The notes beneath the pieces are model-generated. The model searched no databases. It saw only the letters and a program-made list of their open reading frames with translations, and was not told the origin of the DNA. A stretch of DNA of 57,373 bases from a virus. Lineage: Duplodnaviria; Caudoviricetes. The translations under genes and the position numbers were made by a program. Numbering within the stretch: the stretch's first letter is position 1; the number at the start of each line of letters is the position of its first letter. The stretch covers positions 1-57,373 of the IMG/VR virus record IMGVR_UViG_3300027708_000084. One strand, given 5' to 3'. Shown piece after piece: positions 46,654 to 55,733 of this stretch.

Positions 46654-46688
46654 AAGCCCCCTCAGCCACAAGCAGTGGGGGCTTTTTT
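46654..46688 (+). terminator. intrinsic terminator
   Basis: AAGCCCC/GGGGCTT stem plus T tract. Confidence 0.7.
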
Positions 46689-46703
46689 ACAAGGAGAAAA
46701 CGA

Positions 46704-47165
46704 ATGGCAACTTTAACAGACTTACAAGCTTGGACCAGAAAATCTTTTGCAACAACTTATGGATTTTTGTTACTGGCTCAATGTTATCACTGGAACTTTG
46801 AAAGTAACAGTAATTTAATATACTTTGACTTATTTGGTAATATTTATAAAGAAGTAGATAAAAGTCTTGAACCTTTTGCAGACCATGTAAGAAGTGTGCG
46901 AGCATATGTTCCATCAAAGTTTACAAATTTAATGGAACTATCAAGTGTAGACACAGACCCTAAGTATGCAGGAATGTGGCCTACAGCTGAAGAAATGAAT
47001 TCTGCGCTTTATTTAGCTAATGGTAAAGTAAATACAGATTTAGTAACTACTTACAAAATGGCGGAAGAATTAGAAGAATTTGGTTTAGCTAATTTTTTAA
47101 GTGAACGCATGGATCAACACCGTAAACATGGATGGTTACTTTACTCAAAAATGAAAGTAGCATAG
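46704..47165 (+). CDS. dps: Dps/ferritin-like protein (degenerate ferroxidase residues)
   Basis: YHWN, F..IY, FAD..R, G..NFL.ER...H.K..W.L. Confidence 0.75.
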   Translation: MATLTDLQAWTRKSFATTYGFLLLAQCYHWNFESNSNLIYFDLFGNIYKEVDKSLEPFADHVRSVRAYVPSKFTNLMELSSVDTDPKYAGMWPTAEEMNSALYLANGKVNTDLVTTYKMAEELEEFGLANFLSERMDQHRKHGWLLYSKMKVA

Positions 47166-47231
47166 TATGTTTCAAACACAATCACAAACACAAGGAATTG
47201 CACCTTACTTGCTGGAATATAGTTAATTAGT

Positions 47232-47270
47232 AAAAAAGCCCCTAAGTAGCAATACTTAGGGGCTTTTTTT
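47232..47270. terminator. bidirectional terminator
   Basis: A6-GCCCCTAAGTA/TACTTAGGGGC-T6 between convergent dps genes. Confidence 0.85.
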
Positions 47271-47271
47271 A

Positions 47272-48063
47272 TCAAAACTTTTGACTGGCTTTTAACATCC
47301 AGTTGTGTGATTTGTGTGCAGTAATACGATCTGCTAAGAAATTTTGAAAACCAAATTCTGTGTATAAACCACACATATTATATGCTGAATTTAATACATC
47401 AATTACTGTACCGTTATCCATTAGTAATGTATTAACCATAGTATCCGTGTCTATGGGCGCTATGCTATCCTCAATTAGTGAATACTCAGCTAATTGCTCT
47501 AAACCTGCTGGTACAAATAAATCTAGTGTACGAACATTTTCTGCAAAACCATCAATTGATTCGTATACTTCGGTATAAATACGTTCAAATAGTAAGTGAT
47601 ACTCATAAAAATCACGTGACTCAACGTTCCAGTGAAAATTAGCTGCTTTTAGGTAAAAGCTAAACTCAGTAGCAAAAGCTGCTAAGATTGTTTTTTGAAA
47701 TTCTGTCATTGTTTGATCCATATTTAAACTCTTATTTTCACGTTGATTCATAATATGATCACGTTTTTGTGCAGCCCAAGTTTGACCACCATCTCCGCCC
47801 CATAAGTCCCAAGCTACTCTGCCTTTACTAGGAAAACCTTCTTCACCGCTTGAAAATCCAGTAGCTTGTTTATCAACTTCATGTCGGCTAAAAAATGAGT
47901 GCATACGAAGTACAGTTGAAGCAGTTAGCGGTTCACGATTTTTTAGTTGATTAGCGCGAGCCAATCCCACTAGTGTACCGCCAGGTTTACCATCTGCGTG
48001 CCATTGTAGTGCTCGTTTGGCTGCACTTGCCATGCCCTCTGTGGGCGTATATGTTTCTGCCAT
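47272..48063 (-). CDS. fusion of a conserved phage domain and a Dps domain
   Basis: N-terminal RM.SFF.RH...GR.AW.LWGG; C-terminal HWNV....F...H..F...Y.....D..AE. Confidence 0.8.
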   Translation of the reverse strand: MAETYTPTEGMASAAKRALQWHADGKPGGTLVGLARANQLKNREPLTASTVLRMHSFFSRHEVDKQATGFSSGEEGFPSKGRVAWDLWGGDGGQTWAAQKRDHIMNQRENKSLNMDQTMTEFQKTILAAFATEFSFYLKAANFHWNVESRDFYEYHLLFERIYTEVYESIDGFAENVRTLDLFVPAGLEQLAEYSLIEDSIAPIDTDTMVNTLLMDNGTVIDVLNSAYNMCGLYTEFGFQNFLADRITAHKSHNWMLKASQKF

Positions 48064-48128
48064 AATTATAATACCTATAAAAACACTATTATACCACTTT
48101 AGGAGTAGTCACACAAGTGTAAAATTTG

Positions 48129-48842
48129 TTAATCTTTGTAGGCAATAATTACTTGCTTACACATTTTTGAACGTACAATATCGTCATCTAAAAATCTAAT
48201 TACTTCAATTCCTGGTAGTCCCTCTAGGCGTTTAACAGCATCTAGCAGTCCTGAATCTTGAATATCACACTGATAGGGATCACCACTTAAAATCATTTTG
48301 CAGTTTTTGCCTATGCGCGATAAAAGCATTTTAAACTCAGTTTTGGTCATATTTTGCACTTCATCTACTAAGATAATGGCATCTTCAAAACTTGCACCAC
48401 GCATAAATCCCAGTGGTTTAGGCTCAATTGCTTTTGCCTTTAATGAGTATTCATACAATCCTGTGCCTAGTGCACGTTTAAATACTTGAGTAAAAGGATC
48501 TAAATAAGGCGCGTATTTTTCATCTAATTCGCCAGGTAAAAATCCCAGCCCACGTCCTGTTTCTACGTTAGGTCTGGTTAAAATAATTTTATTGATTTTT
48601 TTATAGTACAACTGTTCTGCAGCATAATTAGCTGCCACAAATGTTTTACCTGTGCCTGCCGAACCAATGCCAAAAATAATATCACAACTTTTAATTGCTT
48701 CCAAATATTCGCCTTGAATAAAATTTAGTGGTCTAATTGGCACAAACTTTGTAACTGGTGGTCCGTCTGGAAATAAATCTTCTTGATATTGCTCAAATGC
48801 TTGTTGTTGTTTTTTACGAGCTTTTTTACCTGAATTTGTCAT
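48129..48842 (-). CDS. phoH: PhoH-like ATPase
   Basis: GSAGTGKT, LGFLPG, MRG..F, DE.QN, R.G, GD..Q.D. Confidence 0.92.
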   Translation of the reverse strand: MTNSGKKARKKQQQAFEQYQEDLFPDGPPVTKFVPIRPLNFIQGEYLEAIKSCDIIFGIGSAGTGKTFVAANYAAEQLYYKKINKIILTRPNVETGRGLGFLPGELDEKYAPYLDPFTQVFKRALGTGLYEYSLKAKAIEPKPLGFMRGASFEDAIILVDEVQNMTKTEFKMLLSRIGKNCKMILSGDPYQCDIQDSGLLDAVKRLEGLPGIEVIRFLDDDIVRSKMCKQVIIAYKD

Positions 48843-48857
48843 AAAATATCCTAAAAG

Positions 48858-49013
48858 TTATTTCTTCTTTTTCTTTACAGACTCTGGAACTTTATGCCCT
48901 TTTAACATATGGTGTGTTTTACATTTTGGTTTGCAACTGCCAGCAGGTTTAGCTAATGCTGGTGTAATTGTTAGTGCTAGTATGGCGCACAAAACTACAA
49001 ATAATTTTTTCAT
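48858..49013 (-). CDS. 51-aa exported basic peptide
   Basis: Manual translation MKKLFVVLCAILAL...ALA-KPAGSCKPKC...KKKKK. Confidence 0.55.
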   Translation of the reverse strand: MKKLFVVLCAILALTITPALAKPAGSCKPKCKTHHMLKGHKVPESVKKKKK

Positions 49014-49357
49014 AATTCAGGATCTTTCTTAACAGGAATAACTGATGTTGGTTTAGTTGGTGACGCAACGGTTTGAGCTTGATTTAACTTTTCTTGTGTG
49101 CGACCAAAAGCAGCAATACCAAGAACAGCACCCATTGCAATATGATATAATCCAGCACCCTGTAAGGTTAGGGGTTGCCATTGTGTTTGTACACTGCCAT
49201 GGCTTATTGCTTGTAGTAAACTCCAAAGTATTGGAAATAATACAAAATCAGCTATACAAGTACCCATATAAGTCCAACCCATCATTGGACGCCACCTAGT
49301 GTTCATCCAATGTTCTTTTTGTTCTTCACTCGTTGAGGATTCTATGCCCATTAGCAC
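49010..49357 (-). CDS. holin (3TM/GTA-holin-like)
   Basis: WRP..GW.Y, TM segments, LG..A.GRT.EK; located in the lysis cassette. Confidence 0.7.
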   Translation of the reverse strand: MLMGIESSTSEEQKEHWMNTRWRPMMGWTYMGTCIADFVLFPILWSLLQAISHGSVQTQWQPLTLQGAGLYHIAMGAVLGIAAFGRTQEKLNQAQTVASPTKPTSVIPVKKDPEL

Positions 49358-50099
49358 TCCTTTTTATTTCTCTGTGAGGGATTATGTCTTGCCCAAATTC
49401 AGGGTATCTTTGCTGCCTATCTTGAGCTACCAACATCATTAAATACATAAATATTATGATTATCCATAAAATACTACATCCAACTACGGCTTGTTGTGTT
49501 AGTTTACGATTTCTTGCCAACCGCCTAGCTTCTTCAACACGAAAACGTTGCATTTGAATGGCAACTAAACTTTTTTGTTCTTTGCCAATTTTTATCATCA
49601 TTTCATTAACTTCAGTCCAAAGTGCACCCAATTCAGGCGGACATTGATAGATCATTAATTCTTGCAGTTCAGTGCCCATTTGTTCTAGTTGTTTACGCAT
49701 CAGCACACGTTGTAGTGCACGTTTGCCTAGACTTGAATCACCTTGATAAATTTCAGTACGACTACGGCGTTCTTCTTCTTCAAAAACTGCTATGCATTTA
49801 TAGTAGTTGTCATAGTAAGTACCTAAATGTTCACCAATCTGTTGGTAAACATTTGTGGTATTGCCATCGTGTTTGTTTAACTCAATAACACGATTTTTTT
49901 CTTGAACATATTGATTTCGTTGTTCTGTGCTGGCTGGTTTATCTGGCGGATGTTTTTTATGAAACTGATCTTCTAGATCTTTTAAAACACTTTTGACATC
50001 ACCAGCAGCACCTTTTATATCTTTGTAAAGTTTACATCCAGCTTTAACAGCACTAACAGCACCATTAGCCAAAGCAAAAAGTGTTACTGGATCAATCAT
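49326..50099 (-). CDS. helical protein with C-terminal TM
   Basis: MIDP.T..A.A..AV..VK N-terminus; C-terminal hydrophobic helix. Confidence 0.7.
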   Translation of the reverse strand: MIDPVTLFALANGAVSAVKAGCKLYKDIKGAAGDVKSVLKDLEDQFHKKHPPDKPASTEQRNQYVQEKNRVIELNKHDGNTTNVYQQIGEHLGTYYDNYYKCIAVFEEEERRSRTEIYQGDSSLGKRALQRVLMRKQLEQMGTELQELMIYQCPPELGALWTEVNEMMIKIGKEQKSLVAIQMQRFRVEEARRLARNRKLTQQAVVGCSILWIIIIFMYLMMLVAQDRQQRYPEFGQDIIPHREIKRSANGHRILNE

Positions 50100-50107
50100 A
50101 GCCGTTC

Positions 50108-50671
50108 CTACTTAGCAGATTCGTATATTTGTTTTTGAGTCTTATACCACTCCTGCCAAGCTTTTAATTTTTCTGCCAACTCATAATAAGTGGCATAATT
50201 AACAACTACTGTGTCAAGGAGCTCACTGGCTTTAACATTTGAGGAGGTTCCAGCAGTATCTCGGGCACTTGAGGCCACGGCATTTTGACTGGCACTGTTG
50301 TGGAGCATGACTGCAGATTCAGGCAAAACGCAGCTACTATCAAGCTCTTTGATAATTTGTGTTTTGATAATATCTCTGTTAACATATTCAATCTCTTTTA
50401 CTTTTTTGATTTTGGTTACCGTTTTGGTTTGTATTTCCTGATTAACTTTAGCAGATTGTTGTTGAATTACTGCAGCCTGCTCTTTAAGCTTGGACACTTC
50501 AGTTTTCCAAGATTGTTGACTCATATTCCAACTTAAGCATCCAACACAAAAAACTACAACCAAAAAATTACCGTTGCGCCAATGTTGACTATAACTAAAC
50601 CAAACAGCAAGGGTACTAAAAGTCAACAGTGTTAAATATACCCAGTAGGGAATCCACTCTAAGATCCACAT
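50108..50671 (-). CDS. i-spanin (Rz-like)
   Basis: N-terminal TMs and coiled coil; downstream of the endolysin. Confidence 0.7.
   Translation of the reverse strand: MWILEWIPYWVYLTLLTFSTLAVWFSYSQHWRNGNFLVVVFCVGCLSWNMSQQSWKTEVSKLKEQAAVIQQQSAKVNQEIQTKTVTKIKKVKEIEYVNRDIIKTQIIKELDSSCVLPESAVMLHNSASQNAVASSARDTAGTSSNVKASELLDTVVVNYATYYELAEKLKAWQEWYKTQKQIYESAK
50206..50391 (-). CDS. o-spanin (Rz1-like lipoprotein), embedded
   Basis: Lipobox-like LQSC followed by a Pro-rich tail, out of frame within the i-spanin. Confidence 0.65.
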   Translation of the reverse strand: MNMLTEILSKHKLSKSLIVAAFCLNLQSCSTTVPVKMPWPQVPEILLEPPQMLKPVSSLTQ

Positions 50672-51273
50672 AGTATTTCCTTGATGTGTTCATACTTGGC
50701 CTCGCGGTCTTCTAAGCCAATATAGCCACCATTAATACGTTTGGTCATTGCTTTAATATCGCCAGTATCAGCTAATTGATTAAGACTATTAGTTTCCCAA
50801 AACCAGCAAGCCGATTGTACTGCTCCCTCAAAGGTTGCTAAGTAATCAACCGCCTGTTCTAGGCTGCACTCCATTGAATCAGCAAAAGCTTGGTAGTTGT
50901 TACGACCTGTTAATTGAATCAATCCACGGCCACAGTAGCGATAACCATCACCTGAACTTTCGTCACCATTACCCATGCGATCAGCATACACGCGATTAGC
51001 AATCTTTTCAGGTTGCTTAGCGTATTGTTCAGCAAGTTCTTGGGTAGGAAAGTACTTTGCAAATACCTTTTGCAAACTTTCTGCTCGGTAGTTTAAGTTT
51101 TCACGAATAGCAGTAAACTCAGCGCTTTCATGAGCGCATTGTGCAATAAATGCTGCAATGCGCTCAGGAGTGTTGATGTTGTATTCAGGCAATAGCTGCT
51201 CTAGCGCTTGTTGCCACTGTTCTGCATTAGGATTTTTAGGAATAATTTGTTTTAATTGATTAAGTGAGATCAT
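50659..51273 (-). CDS. endolysin, glycoside hydrolase family 19
   Basis: FIAQC.HES, ENLNY, GRGLIQLTG..NY, SA.WFW, INGG. Confidence 0.92.
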   Translation of the reverse strand: MISLNQLKQIIPKNPNAEQWQQALEQLLPEYNINTPERIAAFIAQCAHESAEFTAIRENLNYRAESLQKVFAKYFPTQELAEQYAKQPEKIANRVYADRMGNGDESSGDGYRYCGRGLIQLTGRNNYQAFADSMECSLEQAVDYLATFEGAVQSACWFWETNSLNQLADTGDIKAMTKRINGGYIGLEDREAKYEHIKEILCGS

Positions 51274-51280
51274 ATAATCC

Positions 51281-53269
51281 TTAAATAAACATTTGATGGT
51301 TTGGAGTTTTTGTTACAAAATACTGTACAACTGCTAAACCTTGTCCACCTTTAGGATTCATTGTAGTGTCACCAACAACAACTAAGCCATTATATGCATT
51401 ATAGTACGTATTTGCAGTACTCGACCAACTGGTAGTACCAGTACCACCACCACCACCATATTTACCAGGAGCTGCAGCTAAGCTAGTGTAATTGTTATCA
51501 TACGAAAATTGATACGATCCAGTACCAGTTGCATAATTCCTAATTCTTCCAGCACCGCCACTACCTGATCCAGGTCCAAACGTAGTACTACCTGTAGGAT
51601 TCCATTCTGTAATTACATCTGTACTACCCGCGCCACCTTTTGTATTAGCTAAAGCAGTAACATAGTAAGTAGGGGGCGTACCAGTGGTCTGATTAAGTGG
51701 TGTTGCTGTATAATAGTAACTAGCTCCACCTCCGCCACTACCATTGCTGCCTACTCCAGCAGGTATACTACTGTCATAAGTTACACCTACTCCACCTGCA
51801 GTACCTGTTCTACTTGCACCGCCATTGCTGCCTGCTTTACCTGTAACTTGAGCAGCATTACCACCACCATTTGCGGCACCACCACCACCACTACCACCAC
51901 CAGCACCAGTACCAGCACTACCAGTAATACCAGTACTAGTACTTAAATAGTATCCACTAGCACCATTACCTCCAGGACCATTAGGCCCTGCACAACCGCC
52001 ACCACCAGCACCACCCATTTTATAATCTTGATAAAAAACACTGTCTGCAAGACTATACGTAGTTCCGCCGTTACCACCGCTATAAGTTATTTGACCTATA
52101 CTGTTACTGGCTTGACCGCCAAGACTATATATTGGAACTATTGCATTGCTAGAAGAAAAAGATTGTATAAATGGTAGAGCACCTTCCGCTAAAACACCAT
52201 TATTTATACTAGTAGGTACTGCATTGGTTTTATTAACCCAAGTTCTGTTGTTTGTTGAAGAAGACACACTTGGTACATTTATATATAAAACATCACCTGT
52301 ATTTATTTTTAAAATACTGCTGGCATAAGCACCACCACCACCAGCATAGCTTGTATAGAAAGTAAAATTACCATTACCTGGATTTATATTATTATAATAT
52401 AAATAAAGATAACTACTTGCACCAGGACCTAAACATTCTACTTTAGCTGCGTTTACACCAAAAGGTACTCTAAGATTACTAGTACCTGTGGTACTAAATA
52501 CGTGTAAATATTTACCTTGTGATGGTAGTTGTGGTGTAAAAGTAATAACAATTAAACCATTATATCCTTTACCAGTACCATAAGTGTTGCCTTGGTAACC
52601 GCCCCCACCATAAGGTGAATTTAAGGTTAGGGTTGTGCCACTTGATTTACCTTGACTATAGCTACCACCACCACCAGAACCACCTGCTGGACCAAATTGT
52701 TTGCCTAGATAATCAGTATAAATTAAACTCATACTACCAGCTGTTTGACCTGAAGTGCCACTAATATTGCTACCAGTACCTCCATATGAGCCAGTACCAC
52801 CATTTGCTGAGCCGCCAGGTCCGCCTTCATTGCCATATCCGCCACTAGTAGAGCTTGGTACATCACCACCAGCACCGTTTGGTCCTGCGGCTCCACCACA
52901 AGCATATCCCCTTGCATCACCTTTACCACCACTATATGCACCTGTGCTAGGTATACAATTAGCTGCTAGACCTTGTGAGGCAGTAGTATTAAGTCCGCTA
53001 CGACCACCAGCTGCTAATATGCCTTGCGCTGTACTAGTAGGTGCAGCATTAGTACTAATATTCATCCAGGTTGAATCAACCCAATTTAAATATACTGTTT
53101 GCCCAGCAGTTAATGTTAAGTTGGTTTTAGTATATGCACCGCCTCCGTTGCTACCACCTCCACCACCACCTGGACCTATGGCCTCTACCTGAACAGTGCC
53201 ATAACAATCAGGCGGAACAACCCAAGTATTACCTTGAGTATAATCTAATCCAATTACAACTGTTGCCAT
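51281..53269 (-). CDS. glycine-rich tail fibre / virion protein
   Basis: Two repeated Gly-rich domains VE..GPG...GGGGAY...G.V.I. Confidence 0.7.
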   Translation of the reverse strand: MATVVIGLDYTQGNTWVVPPDCYGTVQVEAIGPGGGGGGSNGGGAYTKTNLTLTAGQTVYLNWVDSTWMNISTNAAPTSTAQGILAAGGRSGLNTTASQGLAANCIPSTGAYSGGKGDARGYACGGAAGPNGAGGDVPSSTSGGYGNEGGPGGSANGGTGSYGGTGSNISGTSGQTAGSMSLIYTDYLGKQFGPAGGSGGGGSYSQGKSSGTTLTLNSPYGGGGYQGNTYGTGKGYNGLIVITFTPQLPSQGKYLHVFSTTGTSNLRVPFGVNAAKVECLGPGASSYLYLYYNNINPGNGNFTFYTSYAGGGGAYASSILKINTGDVLYINVPSVSSSTNNRTWVNKTNAVPTSINNGVLAEGALPFIQSFSSSNAIVPIYSLGGQASNSIGQITYSGGNGGTTYSLADSVFYQDYKMGGAGGGGCAGPNGPGGNGASGYYLSTSTGITGSAGTGAGGGSGGGGAANGGGNAAQVTGKAGSNGGASRTGTAGGVGVTYDSSIPAGVGSNGSGGGGASYYYTATPLNQTTGTPPTYYVTALANTKGGAGSTDVITEWNPTGSTTFGPGSGSGGAGRIRNYATGTGSYQFSYDNNYTSLAAAPGKYGGGGGTGTTSWSSTANTYYNAYNGLVVVGDTTMNPKGGQGLAVVQYFVTKTPNHQMFI

Positions 53270-53637
53270 TATTCAGGCTCCTTTGCTACAGTGTCCAAAT
53301 TATTTAAAATATTTTTAGGATATTGAATTCCTGCAGGAATTTGGCTGTGATCATAAATATCTTCTTGTTTTTCTCCACGAATGGGATGTATACAGTAAGC
53401 AACTGTACCTGGCTCAATTGCTTCAATTTCATGCACTTTATCTTTTGCAATAAAAATAATATGTGGTGCACGAAAAACTGTTGAAATACCTTCTACAGTT
53501 ACTTTTACTGATCCTGTGGCAACTAGTGTAGGATGATCAAATTTGTGCGAATGACCTTGCATTTTATCGCCTGGATTTTCAAAATGCATTTGTTTTACCC
53601 ACAAATTACTTACTAAAATAATATCTTGATTTAACAT
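53269..53637 (-). CDS. cupin-fold protein
   Basis: GHSHKFDH...H...CIH. Confidence 0.7.
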   Translation of the reverse strand: MLNQDIILVSNLWVKQMHFENPGDKMQGHSHKFDHPTLVATGSVKVTVEGISTVFRAPHIIFIAKDKVHEIEAIEPGTVAYCIHPIRGEKQEDIYDHSQIPAGIQYPKNILNNLDTVAKEPE

Positions 53638-54197
53638 TTATTTTCCCATTCTGTATCTTTAATTTGGAAGCCAAACATCCACAATATTCGCGAACTGGTT
53701 CCTGTTACTGTAGTAACACTATGTTTATATTTACTTGCTAAATAGCAGTGCAGGTCGCCTTGACCAACATTTATTGTATTATTATTAACCGTTAGTACAG
53801 CACCACTATCCGCCATTTGTGTTATAATATTACAACGAAGTACGTGACAACCACCCATTTCAAGCGGATCACTATGGTAGTAAACATCTCCACCTGGTAG
53901 TGTATTACTTACTACAATACCATGCTTACCTCCGCCCAATATACTTATAGGTTCAATATTTAAACTCAATTGTTTACGTATACGTTCTTGTATTTTATAT
54001 GCTAAACTACAATAACTATCAAATCTATCCGCATAAAGTCTAGTAGTTAGTCTTCCATTATACCCAACCTTTCCACCAGTGGTTATTCCTGAATCCAACC
54101 ATTTGTTTTCTATGGCTTTTTTTACCCAAGTATTAAGTATATTGCACTCCTCTTGGGTAATAAAATTAGGTATAATAGTTACCACGTTATCATTCAT
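53631..54197 (-). CDS. 2OG-Fe(II) oxygenase
   Basis: HSD...H.V......R facial-triad pattern. Confidence 0.7.
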   Translation of the reverse strand: MNDNVVTIIPNFITQEECNILNTWVKKAIENKWLDSGITTGGKVGYNGRLTTRLYADRFDSYCSLAYKIQERIRKQLSLNIEPISILGGGKHGIVVSNTLPGGDVYYHSDPLEMGGCHVLRCNIITQMADSGAVLTVNNNTINVGQGDLHCYLASKYKHSVTTVTGTSSRILWMFGFQIKDTEWENKC

Positions 54198-54457
54198 AAT
54201 GGCTCAGCAATAGCAGCTACGTGATCACGTATTTCGTTATCATTAGTAGCGGTTTGATAATTTATTGGTTGATTATCCATAGTAGTAACGCCCCAGTTTG
54301 TAGCTTTTATTTCTTTTGGTTTAGAGTATGGATGACCAATAAGATATACTATAGAATCATCGTGTTCAATCCAGTAGTCTTCTTCTGTATTACCAGTATA
54401 TGGTTGTTCAGCTGTAGTATTTACAAATCCATTGTAAATTCTTGTGTAAACTATCAT
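54194..54457 (-). CDS. hypothetical protein
   Basis: ATGA coupling at both ends. Confidence 0.6.
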   Translation of the reverse strand: MIVYTRIYNGFVNTTAEQPYTGNTEEDYWIEHDDSIVYLIGHPYSKPKEIKATNWGVTTMDNQPINYQTATNDNEIRDHVAAIAEPL

Positions 54458-54975
54458 ACTTCTACACCTACGCCAGTTACATCCCAAGTTGAATCAGTTG
54501 AATTATAAATACAATTTACATAAGTTAATTTACTTGCTGTTGTGGTTGATGTAGGTAATGTAGTATTTATAACCCTAAATCGATTAGTACCCATAACAGT
54601 CCAACTTAAATTGCACACAGTACCACTATCACGAATTCTAAAAACTACTCTTTGACCATTAGCAGGGCTACTATTACTGTCCAATGCAATATTGCAAGTT
54701 ACACCTGTATTACCGCAAGTAATATTAATTTGATCATAAGCAGCACTTGACCAAGTTAAACTTGTTTGGTTAGTAGTTGTTGTTTGTGATTGAACACGTG
54801 GAGTGTATGCACTAGTAGTTTGATAGTAAGCAAGCGAGGTCCAAGCTGTTGAGCCATCACCAATTTTTATTTTTAATGTGTCTGTTTCTAAGGCAAGTTC
54901 GCCTTGAGCTAACACAGTATTTGCCGTAGTCCATTGTGCAGCAGTAGCACGTCTTAGTTGTATTTGTATAGCCAT
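54454..54975 (-). CDS. tail fibre protein with Mtd/hyaluronidase-like N-terminal module
   Basis: IQLRR.TAAQW...N.VLA.GE...ETDT...KIGDG...W..L.Y. Confidence 0.75.
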   Translation of the reverse strand: MAIQIQLRRATAAQWTTANTVLAQGELALETDTLKIKIGDGSTAWTSLAYYQTTSAYTPRVQSQTTTTNQTSLTWSSAAYDQINITCGNTGVTCNIALDSNSSPANGQRVVFRIRDSGTVCNLSWTVMGTNRFRVINTTLPTSTTTASKLTYVNCIYNSTDSTWDVTGVGVEV

Positions 54976-55727
54976 TAAGTTATTCCTCCAGCATCTATAG
55001 CTGTTGTGCCTGTGTAAACAGAATTATAAAAACCACCATCAACATTATAAGGAGTTGATCCACCTGCAGCAGGGGTGCTCCATTGTGTTGCATAATCAGT
55101 GGCGCTTGTTTTAGTTAATACTTGACCAGTAGTACCGCCAGTGGGAACACCTTGTCCGTTTGTGCCTGCGGAACCTGTTGCACCTGTTGCACCTGCAGCA
55201 CCTGCAGCACCTGCAGCACCTGCAGCACCTTGCGGTATTGTAAAGTTTAAAACTGCTGCATTAGCAGTTCCAGTATTAGTTATTGTAACAGAAGTACCTG
55301 CAGCACCTGTGGTAACTGTTCCTAAACTAATAGTGCCTGCAGCACCTCCGCTGAGTTTAAGTTGTCCAGTACTGTTTGTTGTTTGCCAACCGCTACCATG
55401 TGTATAAGTTAATTTATCACCAACACTTAGGGTAGCAGTTAAAATTTTATAAGTAGTTGCTGTGTCTAGTAATCTAATTGTAACTGTTTTATCAGCTGTA
55501 TCAGCGTTTACCACAGATACCATGTCAATATCTCTGATAGTAGATGCAGCAGGTGCGCTACAGATAGTTACTGCAGTTGTGCCATTTGAATTTGAAACCT
55601 GTGTGGCTCCTAAATATGAAGTGGCTGTTTGATCTGAGTACGAAACAACAATTTGCATTGCTGCAGTTGTTTGTGCAGCATCAAGCAGTAGTTGTAACGA
55701 TCTATTTGTTGAGTCTAGTCTAATCAT
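54975..55727 (-). CDS. virion protein with collagen-like repeat
   Basis: (GAA)n/(GAT)n; GGTTGQVL.K; DGG motifs. Confidence 0.75.
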   Translation of the reverse strand: MIRLDSTNRSLQLLLDAAQTTAAMQIVVSYSDQTATSYLGATQVSNSNGTTAVTICSAPAASTIRDIDMVSVVNADTADKTVTIRLLDTATTYKILTATLSVGDKLTYTHGSGWQTTNSTGQLKLSGGAAGTISLGTVTTGAAGTSVTITNTGTANAAVLNFTIPQGAAGAAGAAGAAGATGATGSAGTNGQGVPTGGTTGQVLTKTSATDYATQWSTPAAGGSTPYNVDGGFYNSVYTGTTAIDAGGIT

Positions 55728-55733
55728 AATTTT

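Noticed and set aside
52755-53192. Pro-rich + strand ORF
   Set aside because: Antisense shadow of the Gly-rich fibre gene; the same applies to other antisense or off-frame track ORFs such as 21557..21901, 43469..43840 and 57095..57280
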